Assembly (NCBI RefSeq): GCF_000011465.1
Contig: NC_005072.1
Span: 510,001 to 542,000, forward strand
Length of the DNA: 32,000 bases
Direction: 5' to 3'
From: Prochlorococcus marinus subsp. pastoris str. CCMP1986
GTDB lineage: Bacteria; Cyanobacteriota; Cyanobacteriia; PCC-6307; Cyanobiaceae
Below are positions 1-11,023 of this stretch, in pieces. Position 1 is the stretch's first letter, and each line of letters begins with the position of its first letter. The notes below the pieces were generated by a model, which saw only the letters and a list, made by a program, of their open reading frames with translations, had not been told where the DNA came from and made no database searches. The translations under genes and the position numbers were made by a program.

Positions 1-60
1 TTCAATTACCCAAAATTATAAAATTAATGAGAAAAAAAGGAGAAATTGAATAAATTCAAG

Positions 61-768
61 TCACAATAATTCTTTAATCTTATCTGTTTTATAGTAGATT
101 TTTTCAATTTTTATATTTGACTTCGATTCTAGAAATGAATTAATCAAATATTTAATTATTTCGTCATTAGTGAGATTTAAATTAATTTTTTTGGGAGGCT
201 CTTCTCCAAATAATCTGAACCACAAGTCTCTTGGGGGGTTAAGCTGAATTTCCCCATGCTGAAGAAATGCCCCTTTCTTTCTGTATTGGGCGCTTCCTAT
301 ACGTTTAAAACCATATTGATCAACTAAATCAGACACATAAGATGATTCAAAACAGTTCTCTTTAATTATTGATTTTTTTAAAGTTCCTCTTTTTAAACTT
401 AAACCTAAATCATTAAAACTTTTAATTAACCAATTATTTACTAGCTCATAACTAAAGATCTTATAAGAAGGTTTTTTAAATGTTAAAGCGTATGTGATCC
501 CTCCAGAATGAAGTACTGCACCGCCTCCTGAGGGTCTTCTTACTACCTTAATGATGCCATCCTCTAAAAGCTTTTCCCAATGAGGTGGAATTGCTTTTTG
601 ATGATAACCAAGAGAAATCCAATTTCCCTCCCAATGATAGAACCTTAATGTAAAAAGAATTTCAACTTTGGAAATAGTTTTTTCTAAAAAATGTAAATCT
701 AGAGCCATTTGTTCAACTCCAGTTAATTTCATTGTTGAAATGATTAAAGCTTGATTATCTATTCTCAA
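61..768 (-). CDS. Lipoate--protein ligase A / octanoyltransferase-like protein
   Basis: 235-aa ORF; contains VVRRPSGGGAVLHSGGITYAL, matching the conserved RR.(S/T)GGGAV.H motif of the LplA/LipM family. Confidence 0.85.
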   Translation of the reverse strand: MRIDNQALIISTMKLTGVEQMALDLHFLEKTISKVEILFTLRFYHWEGNWISLGYHQKAIPPHWEKLLEDGIIKVVRRPSGGGAVLHSGGITYALTFKKPSYKIFSYELVNNWLIKSFNDLGLSLKRGTLKKSIIKENCFESSYVSDLVDQYGFKRIGSAQYRKKGAFLQHGEIQLNPPRDLWFRLFGEEPPKKINLNLTNDEIIKYLINSFLESKSNIKIEKIYYKTDKIKELL

Positions 769-865
769 AACTATTTTTTGATTTAATTACGTAACAGCAT
801 TTTGTAATAGTCTATCAATTTTTCACTTTTGGGTAGAGAATATAGAAAATAAATATGTATTTATT

Positions 866-970
866 ATGGAGCCATCTCAATCAATCAATTTAATAATACT
901 TGGTCTTATTGTGGTAATGCATGCAGGTGTATTGGCTTTAAGACTTGGCATAAGTTTAGCTAGAACATAA
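866..970 (+). CDS. psaM: Photosystem I reaction centre subunit XII (PsaM)
   Basis: Small ORF absent from the supplied track; translates [34 protein letters not shown], a typical PsaM sequence. Confidence 0.9.
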
Positions 971-1059
971 AAAACTAATTTTGATTATAAAAAACTTTAT
1001 GTTATTAATTAAAGAAGACTTTTATTCTTGAGTCTTTTATCTAATTTCTTAAAAATAAT

Positions 1060-1407
1060 TTGCCTAGACATTACCGTAAAAGTACTTCTACGGACAAAAG
1101 ATCTTTAGCATCTGCTATAGAGATAAACTATAAAGAACAAGAAGATTTTGTAAGCTCTGTTTTTCTTGGGTTAAAAGTTTGTTTTTCTCTTTTAGCAATA
1201 GTGAGTTTATTAAAAATTGGATATAGCTCAAAAGTTAGATTAACTAGATTGAGGGAGATTAAAAATTCTTATTTATATGAAAAATCAAGGTTTGATGGTT
1301 TAAGCAGTAGATTTGATGATTTAATCTCTTTAGAGGGCGAGCAAAGATTTATGAAGGATCAAGATCAAATGATTTCTAGAGACATAATCAGAGTAATATG
1401 GCGTTGA
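1060..1407 (+). CDS. Conserved hypothetical small membrane protein (one TM segment followed by a charged/coiled-coil-like region)
   Basis: 115-aa ORF with TTG start; hydrophobic segment VFLGLKVCFSLLAIVSLLKIGY. Confidence 0.6.
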   Translation: MPRHYRKSTSTDKRSLASAIEINYKEQEDFVSSVFLGLKVCFSLLAIVSLLKIGYSSKVRLTRLREIKNSYLYEKSRFDGLSSRFDDLISLEGEQRFMKDQDQMISRDIIRVIWR

Positions 1408-1464
1408 TAAGTATGATTATAGGGTCATTTAATTATCGAATTTTTTAATTAATTTTTACAGCTT

Positions 1465-2469
1465 GTGGGTAAGAGTATTAAGGGCTTAGTCCTAATAACA
1501 GGAACAACATCAGGAGTAGGATTAAATACCTTAAAACCTTTGTTGAAATTTGGATGGGAAGTTATAGCGGTAAATCGCTCAAATAAAAGGGCAGTAGAAA
1601 TAGCTCAGCAATCTTTAACAGATTCTCAAATAAAAAATATTCATTTTATAGAAATTGATTTGTCTGATTTAGACGATGTAAGAAATGGTTGTAGTGAGAT
1701 ATTGAAAAAATTTAAAAAACCCATAAATTCTATTATTTGTAATGCTGCAGTTTATAAACCAAGATTACGGAAGCCTGAAAGGTCTCCCCAAGGATTTGAA
1801 AATTCTATGGCAGTTAATCATTTTGGTCATTTTCTCTTGATTAATCTTCTTCTTGATAATATTTTGTCCTCTGAGAAAGAAATTGATTTAAATGGTAGAA
1901 CAATTAAATTCAAACCAAGAATAACCGTATTAGGAACTGTTACGGCAAATTATTCAGAACTAGGCGGAAGAATTCCTATACCTGCTCCAGCTGATCTAGG
2001 TAATTTATCTGGATTTAAAAATGGATTTTTATCTCCAATTAGCATGGCAAATGGAAAAAAATTTAAACCCGGGAAAGCATATAAAGATAGCAAACTGTGC
2101 AATATGGTGACAGTACAAGAATTATCAAAAAAATATCCTAAAGAAAGAATAATTTTTAATTCCCTTTACCCTGGATGTGTGGCCGATACAAAACTCTTTA
2201 GGGATACCCCTTGGCTTTTTAGATTTTTATTCCCAATCTTTCAAAAATTCATCACAAAAGGATATGTATCTCAAAGATTAGCTGGAGAAAGAGTAGCTCA
2301 AGTAGCGACTCTTAAAGAATATGCTAAGCCAGCAGTCCATTGGAGTTGGGGAAATCGCCAAAAGTTAGGAAGAAAAGCTTTTTCTCAAAAATTGTCTAAG
2401 AGAATTATTGATTCAAATATTTCAAGACAAACTTATGAATTAACTAGAAAATTGGTTGGATTAGCTTAG
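1465..2469 (+). CDS. por: Light-dependent protochlorophyllide oxidoreductase
   Basis: 334-aa short-chain dehydrogenase with TGTTSGVG nucleotide-binding motif and POR-like signatures (NHFGHFLLINLLL, YKDSKLCNMVTVQEL, NSLYPGCV). Confidence 0.93.
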   Translation: MGKSIKGLVLITGTTSGVGLNTLKPLLKFGWEVIAVNRSNKRAVEIAQQSLTDSQIKNIHFIEIDLSDLDDVRNGCSEILKKFKKPINSIICNAAVYKPRLRKPERSPQGFENSMAVNHFGHFLLINLLLDNILSSEKEIDLNGRTIKFKPRITVLGTVTANYSELGGRIPIPAPADLGNLSGFKNGFLSPISMANGKKFKPGKAYKDSKLCNMVTVQELSKKYPKERIIFNSLYPGCVADTKLFRDTPWLFRFLFPIFQKFITKGYVSQRLAGERVAQVATLKEYAKPAVHWSWGNRQKLGRKAFSQKLSKRIIDSNISRQTYELTRKLVGLA

Positions 2470-2473
2470 GTAG

Positions 2474-3361
<888 letters not shown>

Positions 3362-3552
3362 TTAAAGCTGAAATTAACACGTTAATAAATACATTCTTGC
3401 AGGAATATGCTTCTATAAATGTATTTCTCAACAAATAGTTATTTATCAAGATTAAAGATACAAGATATATGTTTATAACTAGATATTATGGGATTATTAT
3501 TGTTATTATGAGTGAAAATACTCATGCTAGAGTAATATTTTATTTGTAAGGA

Positions 3553-5133
3553 TTAACCGAAATAAGCCTTCGCGTCGTAAAGGGTCTCGTCGTTAATTTC
3601 AGGGAGACCTTTGGATAGAGCGTATTTCTCGGTATTTGATTTAACTTTACCTCTTACAAAAAATGGAACTTTTGTAAGTTCTGCTCTTCCAGAGTCTGTC
3701 CAAATTATATTCCCCTTTTTTTGAACATTTATATTACTTTGGGCATGCTCATCTACTTTATTATCAAGACCTTTTGTAGCAGTATGGCCAAGATGACTTT
3801 GATGGCCATCAACAAATTCAAAGTCATGTTTGAACATATCAATAAGATGTTCTTCAAGACCCATCATAAGAGGATGAACCCAGTCGTCAAAAATTACATT
3901 TGCGCCTTCCCATCCCATTTGAGGGCTGTATCTTGCAGGAACATCTTGAACATGCATTGGAGTACTAATTACTGAGCATGGGATACCAAGTCTTTTTGCG
4001 CTGTGCCTTTCCATTTGGGTCCCTAAAACTAATTCGGGAGATGCTTTTTTCATGGCATCTTCTACTTCTAAGTAACTATTGGTAATTAGTGCTTCTATAT
4101 TTAATTCCTTAGCTGCAGCTCTTACTTGCCTTGCCATTTCTCTACTATAAGTTCCCAATCCAACCACCTCAAAACCTAATTCATCTTTAGCAATTTTGGC
4201 AGCTGCAATAGCATGAGTACCGTCACCAAATACAAAAACTCTTTTCCCAGTCAAGTAATTTGAATCAACTGACTTTGAGTACCATGGAAGTTTTGACTTG
4301 TGCTCTAGTTCCTTTTGATTCGTTAACGGAAGGTCAAGTTTTTCATGAACTTCGTTAATAAAATTAATTGTATTTTTTATACCAATTGGGATGGTAGTTG
4401 TATATTCCATTCCGCAATTACGCTTAAGCCATTCACAAGAAGTCTCAGCAATCTCGTGATACAGACAAATATTAATATCAGCATCAGTTAATCTTGTAAT
4501 ATCATCTGGACTTGATCCAAGTGGTGCAACCACATTAGTATCAATACCTTGCTCTGAAAGGATACGTTGAATCTCGATAACATCATCTCTGCATCTAAAT
4601 CCTAATAATGTAGGACCTAATATATTTACTTTAGGTCTTCGACCTAAAGATTTCCATCTTTGAGGATTAATCTTGTCAATTTCGTTTGCCTTATCTTTTA
4701 AAAGAGTTCTAATTATTTGATAAAAGGTTTCTGAGGCACCCCAGTTTTCTTTTTTGCTATAGGCTGGAAGTTCAAGGTTCACTATTGGGATATCAAAACC
4801 CATACCTTTTGCAAGTGCTCCTGGCTGATCTTGTATTAATTCAGCAGTGCAACTTTCACCTACTAAAAGAGTTTTTGGTTTAAATCTTTCAACTGCTTCA
4901 GTAATATTCCTTTTAACTAGTTCTGCTGTATCTCCTCCTAAGTCTCTAGCCTGAAATGTTGTATAAGTTACTGGTGGTCTTTGACCTCTTCGTTCAATCA
5001 TTGTGAAAAGAAGATCTGCATAAGTATCTCCTTGAGGAGCATGGAGAACATAATGAATATCTTTCATTGATGATGCAACTCTCATTGCACCTACATGAGG
5101 AGGGCCTTCATATGTCCAAAGAGTTAATTCCAT
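3553..5133 (-). CDS. chlB: Light-independent protochlorophyllide reductase subunit B
   Basis: 526-aa ORF starting [49 protein letters not shown], characteristic of ChlB. Confidence 0.97.
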   Translation of the reverse strand: MELTLWTYEGPPHVGAMRVASSMKDIHYVLHAPQGDTYADLLFTMIERRGQRPPVTYTTFQARDLGGDTAELVKRNITEAVERFKPKTLLVGESCTAELIQDQPGALAKGMGFDIPIVNLELPAYSKKENWGASETFYQIIRTLLKDKANEIDKINPQRWKSLGRRPKVNILGPTLLGFRCRDDVIEIQRILSEQGIDTNVVAPLGSSPDDITRLTDADINICLYHEIAETSCEWLKRNCGMEYTTTIPIGIKNTINFINEVHEKLDLPLTNQKELEHKSKLPWYSKSVDSNYLTGKRVFVFGDGTHAIAAAKIAKDELGFEVVGLGTYSREMARQVRAAAKELNIEALITNSYLEVEDAMKKASPELVLGTQMERHSAKRLGIPCSVISTPMHVQDVPARYSPQMGWEGANVIFDDWVHPLMMGLEEHLIDMFKHDFEFVDGHQSHLGHTATKGLDNKVDEHAQSNINVQKKGNIIWTDSGRAELTKVPFFVRGKVKSNTEKYALSKGLPEINDETLYDAKAYFG

Positions 5134-5136
5134 AAT

Positions 5137-6408
<1,272 letters not shown>

Positions 6409-6549
6409 TTATTCTTCAAGCTTGCATAAACTTTTGGATTTAAGCACTAATTGATAAGTTCTCTTACAAAATGTATACATTTAAAAAACTTATATGAAAG
6501 TTTAAAAACTTTAATAAGAATAATTAAACTAATTTATTGACTCTGAAAT

Positions 6550-6918
6550 TTAATTTCTGTAATAAGAACTTCCTTGGCCAAGTTTAGATAATTTCCAGAC
6601 ATTCCTGGCAACTTTTATGGCTAATATTCCACCTCTCTCTATCTTTGATTTGCCAGGCTTTGCTCCCATTAAAATTGAGACTTCGGAAGTTGTTAGAGGT
6701 GCTCCTGTCTTAATAGCTAATTCGGTTAACTCTAGTCTATCTCTAAGATTTTTAAGATTTAATTGATCTGGTTTCATCTCTCCCAACCAACTAAATGAAG
6801 GATCTTTCTGAGATAACTTTTGCATTAAACTTAAGCTTACTAAACCGAGGGTTTGATCAGGACTTAATTCATTGTCAGATGCAGAAGAATCTGGTCCTTT
6901 TTTTTGAGAAGTTACCAT
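6550..6918 (-). CDS. Conserved hypothetical protein
   Basis: 122-aa ORF between chlN and csoS1D; no family confidently recognised. Confidence 0.65.
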   Translation of the reverse strand: MVTSQKKGPDSSASDNELSPDQTLGLVSLSLMQKLSQKDPSFSWLGEMKPDQLNLKNLRDRLELTELAIKTGAPLTTSEVSILMGAKPGKSKIERGGILAIKVARNVWKLSKLGQGSSYYRN

Positions 6919-7016
6919 AAAATTTCATATCTTTAATTTGAAGTTATCGGTTCGTACGAAGCATGCAAGTTAATTTAATAGAAAAAAAAGAACCCTAATC
7001 CGTTATAGTCTCCTGA

Positions 7017-7787
7017 ATGGAACCAACTTCTAGCTTAAATAGAGGAGATCGAAAAAAAGGAAGTTCTCTTGTTACTGGATCTGAAGTTCAATCTCAGTCC
7101 AATGGAGCTAGCTGTTTTATAACAACTGACTCTGAAAAGTCATTAGTTTCAAGACAAGCAAGTCAAGTTGAGCAAATAGAATTAAGGACATATGTTTTTT
7201 TAGATTCTTTACAACCTCAGTTAGCTGCATATATGGGGACTGTGAGTAGAGGTTTTTTACCAATTCCAGGTGATTCTTGCTTATGGATGGAAGTTTCTCC
7301 CGGAATGGCAGTTCATAGGGTTACTGATATAGCTTTAAAGGCAAGTAATGTAAGGCTAGGTCAGATGATTGTGGAAAGAGCCTTTGGCTCTTTAGCTCTT
7401 TACCATAAGGATCAAAGTACAGTTTTGCATTCAGGAGATGTGGTTTTAGATGCTATTGGGAGTGAAGTGAGGAAAAGAACCAAGCCATCAACAAGTTGGA
7501 CAGAAGTTATTTGTGCAATTACTCCAGATCATGCAGTTTTAATCAATAGGCAAAACAGAAGTGGATCTATGATTCAATCTGGAATGAGCATGTTTATTTT
7601 GGAGACCGAACCAGCCGGATATGTACTTAAGGCAGCTAATGAAGCTGAAAAATCCGCTAATATAACCATCATTGATGTAAAAGCCGTTGGAGCTTTTGGA
7701 AGACTCACTCTTGCAGGGAAAGAGGGAGATGTTGAAGAGGCCGCAGCAGCTGCAATAAGAGCAATTGATCAAATATCAAATTATTAA
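7017..7787 (+). CDS. csoS1D: Carboxysome shell protein CsoS1D (tandem BMC-domain protein)
   Basis: 256-aa ORF with two BMC-like halves ([19 protein letters not shown]... and ...[52 protein letters not shown]), upstream of the cso cluster. Confidence 0.9.
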   Translation: MEPTSSLNRGDRKKGSSLVTGSEVQSQSNGASCFITTDSEKSLVSRQASQVEQIELRTYVFLDSLQPQLAAYMGTVSRGFLPIPGDSCLWMEVSPGMAVHRVTDIALKASNVRLGQMIVERAFGSLALYHKDQSTVLHSGDVVLDAIGSEVRKRTKPSTSWTEVICAITPDHAVLINRQNRSGSMIQSGMSMFILETEPAGYVLKAANEAEKSANITIIDVKAVGAFGRLTLAGKEGDVEEAAAAAIRAIDQISNY

Positions 7788-7795
7788 ATAGATTT

Positions 7796-8383
7796 TTAAT
7801 CTATTCCAAATTCTCTTTTTAAAAAAGGAGCAATATTTTTTGCGGCTTTACCTCTACTCCCAAGTTTACTCAATTGAGAATGACTTAATTCTCCATATAC
7901 ACAATTAGCCTCCTTAACCCAAAAAATAGATTCAAACTCTCCGTTAGGATATTTTGGTTCTTTAAGAATTTCCCCCCAGCAAATACCCGTTGCATCTTTT
8001 ACTAACTTCCCTTCTGGATCACATAGAACCATGCAACTAATGAATTTTGCGCTTCTGTAAGGGATATCACTGAGCTCTCTTATTAACTTAATAAGCTTAT
8101 CATCGTTATTTTTGGCATATCTTGCAGAATATATACCCGGTCTTCCATCTAAATAATCAACCTCAAGCCCTGAGTCATCAGCTAAGGCCCAAGTCTTAGT
8201 CTCTAAAGAAGCTGCTTTTGCTTTTAAAAAAGCGTTGTCAAAATAGGTTTTGCCTGTCTCTTCTACATTTAAATGTTCGGGTTGTTTTTTTACTTTTAAA
8301 GATAGAACATCTAACATCTCTAATATTTCAGATACCTTCTTTTGATTTCCGCTTGCAATAGTAAGAACAGAAGAAGAATTCAA
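7796..8383 (-). CDS. rdgB: Non-canonical purine NTP pyrophosphatase (RdgB/HAM1 family)
   Basis: 195-aa ORF: TIASGNQKKVSEI, WALADDSGLEVDYLDGRPGIYSARYA, LSHSQLSKLGSRGKA. Confidence 0.92.
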   Translation of the reverse strand: MNSSSVLTIASGNQKKVSEILEMLDVLSLKVKKQPEHLNVEETGKTYFDNAFLKAKAASLETKTWALADDSGLEVDYLDGRPGIYSARYAKNNDDKLIKLIRELSDIPYRSAKFISCMVLCDPEGKLVKDATGICWGEILKEPKYPNGEFESIFWVKEANCVYGELSHSQLSKLGSRGKAAKNIAPFLKREFGID

Positions 8384-8432
8384 AATAATATAAAAAATAT
8401 CTGAATATTATCTTACTTTAAAACTTGATACA

Positions 8433-8487
8433 GAGACAGGAGGGGTTGAACATTCCACACCTGAGTAGACAGGGCCTGTCTCGTACG
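8433..8487. promoter_or_regulatory. GC-rich repeat element in the csoS1 leader (possible structured RNA)
   Basis: GAGACAGG (8433-8440), AGACAGG (8467-8473) and complementary CCTGTCTC (8475-8482), in an otherwise AT-rich intergenic region. Confidence 0.5.
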
Positions 8488-8550
8488 CGCATAACATAAT
8501 GTAAATTTTTTATTAACACAACCGTATGTTTTGATGCACTAACTAATTTC

Positions 8551-8653
8551 GATAAGTATTGACATATCAATAGTAGCAAGGGTGATAAGTTTAACTTATC
8601 AATGATAGAAAAAACATTAATAGAGTATTTAGTAAAAAATGCTTGACTTATCA
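8551..8653. promoter_or_regulatory. Candidate operator/promoter region of the csoS1-rbcLS cluster
   Basis: GATAAGT at 8551 and 8584, ACTTATC at 8594 and 8646; perfect 19-nt palindrome TGATAAGTTTAACTTATCA at 8583-8601; TTGACA (8559-8564) spaced 18 nt from TGATAA (8583-8588). Confidence 0.55.
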
Positions 8654-8709
8654 GTACGTTATGGACCATTCTTCGGATTGAACATTCCACATTTAGTAAT
8701 TAGTAGGCA

Positions 8710-9021
8710 ATGGCTACAGAAACAATGGGTATCGCACTCGGCATGATCGAGACACGCGGACTTGTACCTGCAATCGAAGCAGCAGACGCAATGACCAAGG
8801 CAGCAGAAGTTCGTCTTATTGGTCGTGAATTCGTAGGTGGCGGTTATGTCACAGTTTTGGTTAGAGGAGAAACAGGAGCTGTCAACGCAGCAGTAAGAGC
8901 TGGAGCTGATGCTTGTGAGAGAGTTGGTGATGGTCTCGTCGCAGCTCACATCATTGCTCGCCCTCATAGAGAAGTTGAGCCAGCACTTGGTAATGGCGAT
9001 TTCCTTGGTCAAAAGGACTAA
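8710..9021 (+). CDS. csoS1: Major carboxysome shell protein CsoS1 (BMC hexamer)
   Basis: 103-aa ORF MATETMGIALGMIETRGLVPAIEAADAMTKAAEVRLIGREFVGGGYVTVLVRGETGAVNAAVRAGADAC. Confidence 0.97.
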   Translation: MATETMGIALGMIETRGLVPAIEAADAMTKAAEVRLIGREFVGGGYVTVLVRGETGAVNAAVRAGADACERVGDGLVAAHIIARPHREVEPALGNGDFLGQKD

Positions 9022-9030
9022 TTAAATAAA

Positions 9031-9047
9031 GCAAAATCTAATTTTGC
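9031..9047 (+). promoter_or_regulatory. Intercistronic hairpin between csoS1 and rbcL
   Basis: GCAAAAT (9031-9037), loop CTA, ATTTTGC (9041-9047); perfect 7-bp arms. Confidence 0.5.
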
Positions 9048-9086
9048 CAAAAAATAATTTCCCTTAATAGACCTAAATTTATCCTT

Positions 9087-10502
9087 ATGAGTAAGAAGTA
9101 TGACGCTGGGGTAAAGGAGTACAGAGATACCTACTGGACTCCTGAATATGTCCCCCTCGACACTGATTTGTTAGCCTGTTTCAAATGCACAGGCCAAGAA
9201 GGTGTCCCAAGAGAAGAAGTTGCAGCAGCGGTAGCGGCTGAATCTTCTACTGGTACTTGGTCGACTGTTTGGTCCGAGTTACTTACCGACCTTGAATTTT
9301 ACAAAGGCCGTTGTTATCGAATCGAAGACGTTCCTGGTGATCCAGAAGCCTTTTATGCATTTATTGCATACCCTTTAGATCTTTTCGAAGAAGGTTCAAT
9401 CACAAACGTATTAACCTCTTTAGTAGGTAACGTATTTGGATTTAAAGCTTTAAGACATCTCCGTCTTGAAGATATTAGATTCCCAATTGCTTTTATTAAG
9501 ACCTGTGGTGGACCACCTAACGGAATAGTAGTTGAAAGAGATCGACTTAATAAGTATGGAAGACCACTTCTAGGTTGTACCATCAAACCTAAATTAGGAT
9601 TGTCTGGTAAGAACTACGGAAGGGTTGTCTATGAATGCCTTAGAGGGGGTCTTGATCTAACTAAAGATGATGAGAATATCAATTCTCAGCCATTCCAACG
9701 TTGGAGAGAACGATTTGAGTTCGTTGCTGAAGCCGTTAAACTTGCTCAGCAAGAAACTGGAGAAGTAAAAGGTCATTATTTAAATTGCACCGCTAATACC
9801 CCTGAAGAACTATACGAACGTGCAGAGTTTGCTAAAGAGCTTGATATGCCAATCATCATGCATGATTACATAACTGGTGGATTTACAGCAAATACTGGCC
9901 TTGCAAACTGGTGTCGTAAAAATGGCATGCTTCTGCATATACACAGAGCTATGCACGCTGTTATTGATAGACATCCAAAACATGGTATCCACTTCAGAGT
10001 TCTAGCGAAATGTTTAAGACTCTCTGGAGGAGACCAGTTACATACTGGAACCGTTGTTGGGAAACTAGAAGGTGATCGTCAAACTACTCTTGGTTACATT
10101 GATAACTTAAGAGAATCATTTGTTCCCGAAGACAGATCAAGAGGTAACTTCTTTGATCAAGATTGGGGATCAATGCCTGGAGTTTTTGCTGTTGCATCTG
10201 GTGGTATCCACGTTTGGCATATGCCAGCACTGCTTGCAATATTTGGAGATGATTCTTGTCTTCAATTCGGAGGAGGAACTCATGGTCATCCATGGGGTTC
10301 AGCTGCCGGAGCTGCTGCAAACCGTGTTGCATTAGAAGCTTGTGTGAAAGCACGTAATGCAGGTCGCGAAATCGAAAAAGAGAGTAGAGACATTCTAATG
10401 GAAGCTGCTAAGCATAGTCCTGAATTAGCTATTGCACTCGAAACTTGGAAAGAAATCAAGTTTGAGTTTGATACCGTTGATAAGCTCGACGTTCAAGGCT
10501 AA
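9087..10502 (+). CDS. rbcL: Ribulose bisphosphate carboxylase large subunit (form IA)
   Basis: 471-aa ORF with [33 protein letters not shown]-type motif ([20 protein letters not shown]), and form-I C-terminus. Confidence 0.99.
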
Positions 10503-10518
10503 CTCAGATTTCAAACAA

Positions 10519-10540
10519 GAGGAGAAAATCATTTCTCCTC
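10519..10540 (+). terminator. Intercistronic hairpin between rbcL and rbcS (attenuator or mRNA-stabilising)
   Basis: GAGGAGAAA (10519-10527), loop ATCA, TTTCTCCTC (10532-10540), followed by AATTTTTC. Confidence 0.55.
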
Positions 10541-10591
10541 AATTTTTCAAACCTCGTTTTTACGAGAATATCATTCACAAATCATTTAATT

Positions 10592-10933
10592 ATGCCTTTC
10601 CAGAGCTCAGTTGGTGACTATCAAACAGTTGCTACCCTGGAAACATTCGGTTTTTTACCACCGATGACCCAGGAAGAAATATACGATCAAATTGCCTACA
10701 TTATTGCTCAAGGATGGAGTCCTGTTATTGAGCATGTACATCCAAGTGGAAGTATGCAAACTTATTGGTCTTATTGGAAGCTCCCTTTCTTTGGGGAAAA
10801 AGATCTTAACTTGGTTGTAAGTGAGTTAGAAGCATGCCATAGAGCATACCCTGATCATCACGTAAGAATCATTGGTTATGACGCTTATACACAAAGTCAA
10901 GGTACAGCTTTTGCAGTTTTCCAAGGACGCTAA
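10592..10933 (+). CDS. rbcS: Ribulose bisphosphate carboxylase small subunit
   Basis: 113-aa ORF MPFQSSVGDYQTVATLETFGFLPPMTQEEIYDQIAYIIAQGW..., typical form IA RbcS. Confidence 0.98.
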   Translation: MPFQSSVGDYQTVATLETFGFLPPMTQEEIYDQIAYIIAQGWSPVIEHVHPSGSMQTYWSYWKLPFFGEKDLNLVVSELEACHRAYPDHHVRIIGYDAYTQSQGTAFAVFQGR

Positions 10934-10955
10934 ATTTTTATTTAACAGTCAATAT

Positions 10956-11001
10956 CTTTCTCCTTTCAAAACTACAATTTTTATTGGAGAAAGTTTTTTT
11001 T
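10956..11001 (+). terminator. Intrinsic-terminator-like hairpin between rbcS and csoS2
   Basis: CTTTCTCC (10956-10963), 22-nt loop, GGAGAAAG (10986-10993), then eight T residues (10994-11001). Confidence 0.65.
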
Positions 11002-11023
11002 AAGAGTTACTAATTTGAAGATT

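Noticed and set aside
3721-3975. 84-aa + ORF antisense to chlB
   Set aside because: Inside a confidently identified conserved CDS with no domain support.
7539-7772. 77-aa - ORF antisense to csoS1D
   Set aside because: Shadow ORF of csoS1D.
8418-8690. 90-aa minus-strand ORF in the csoS1 leader
   Set aside because: Composition looks random, no recognisable domain, covers a region better explained by regulatory repeats.
8659-9012. 117-aa ORF antisense to csoS1
   Set aside because: Shadow ORF of a strongly conserved gene; cysteine-rich low-plausibility translation.
9353-10353. Several ORFs overlapping rbcL on other frames (9353-9586 -, 9810-9992 -, 10084-10353 -, 10120-10335 +)
   Set aside because: All lie inside rbcL, with no protein-like features; spurious.
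10432-10617. 61-aa + ORF bridging rbcL end and rbcS start
   Set aside because: Overlaps both genes and the intercistronic hairpin; no recognisable domain.
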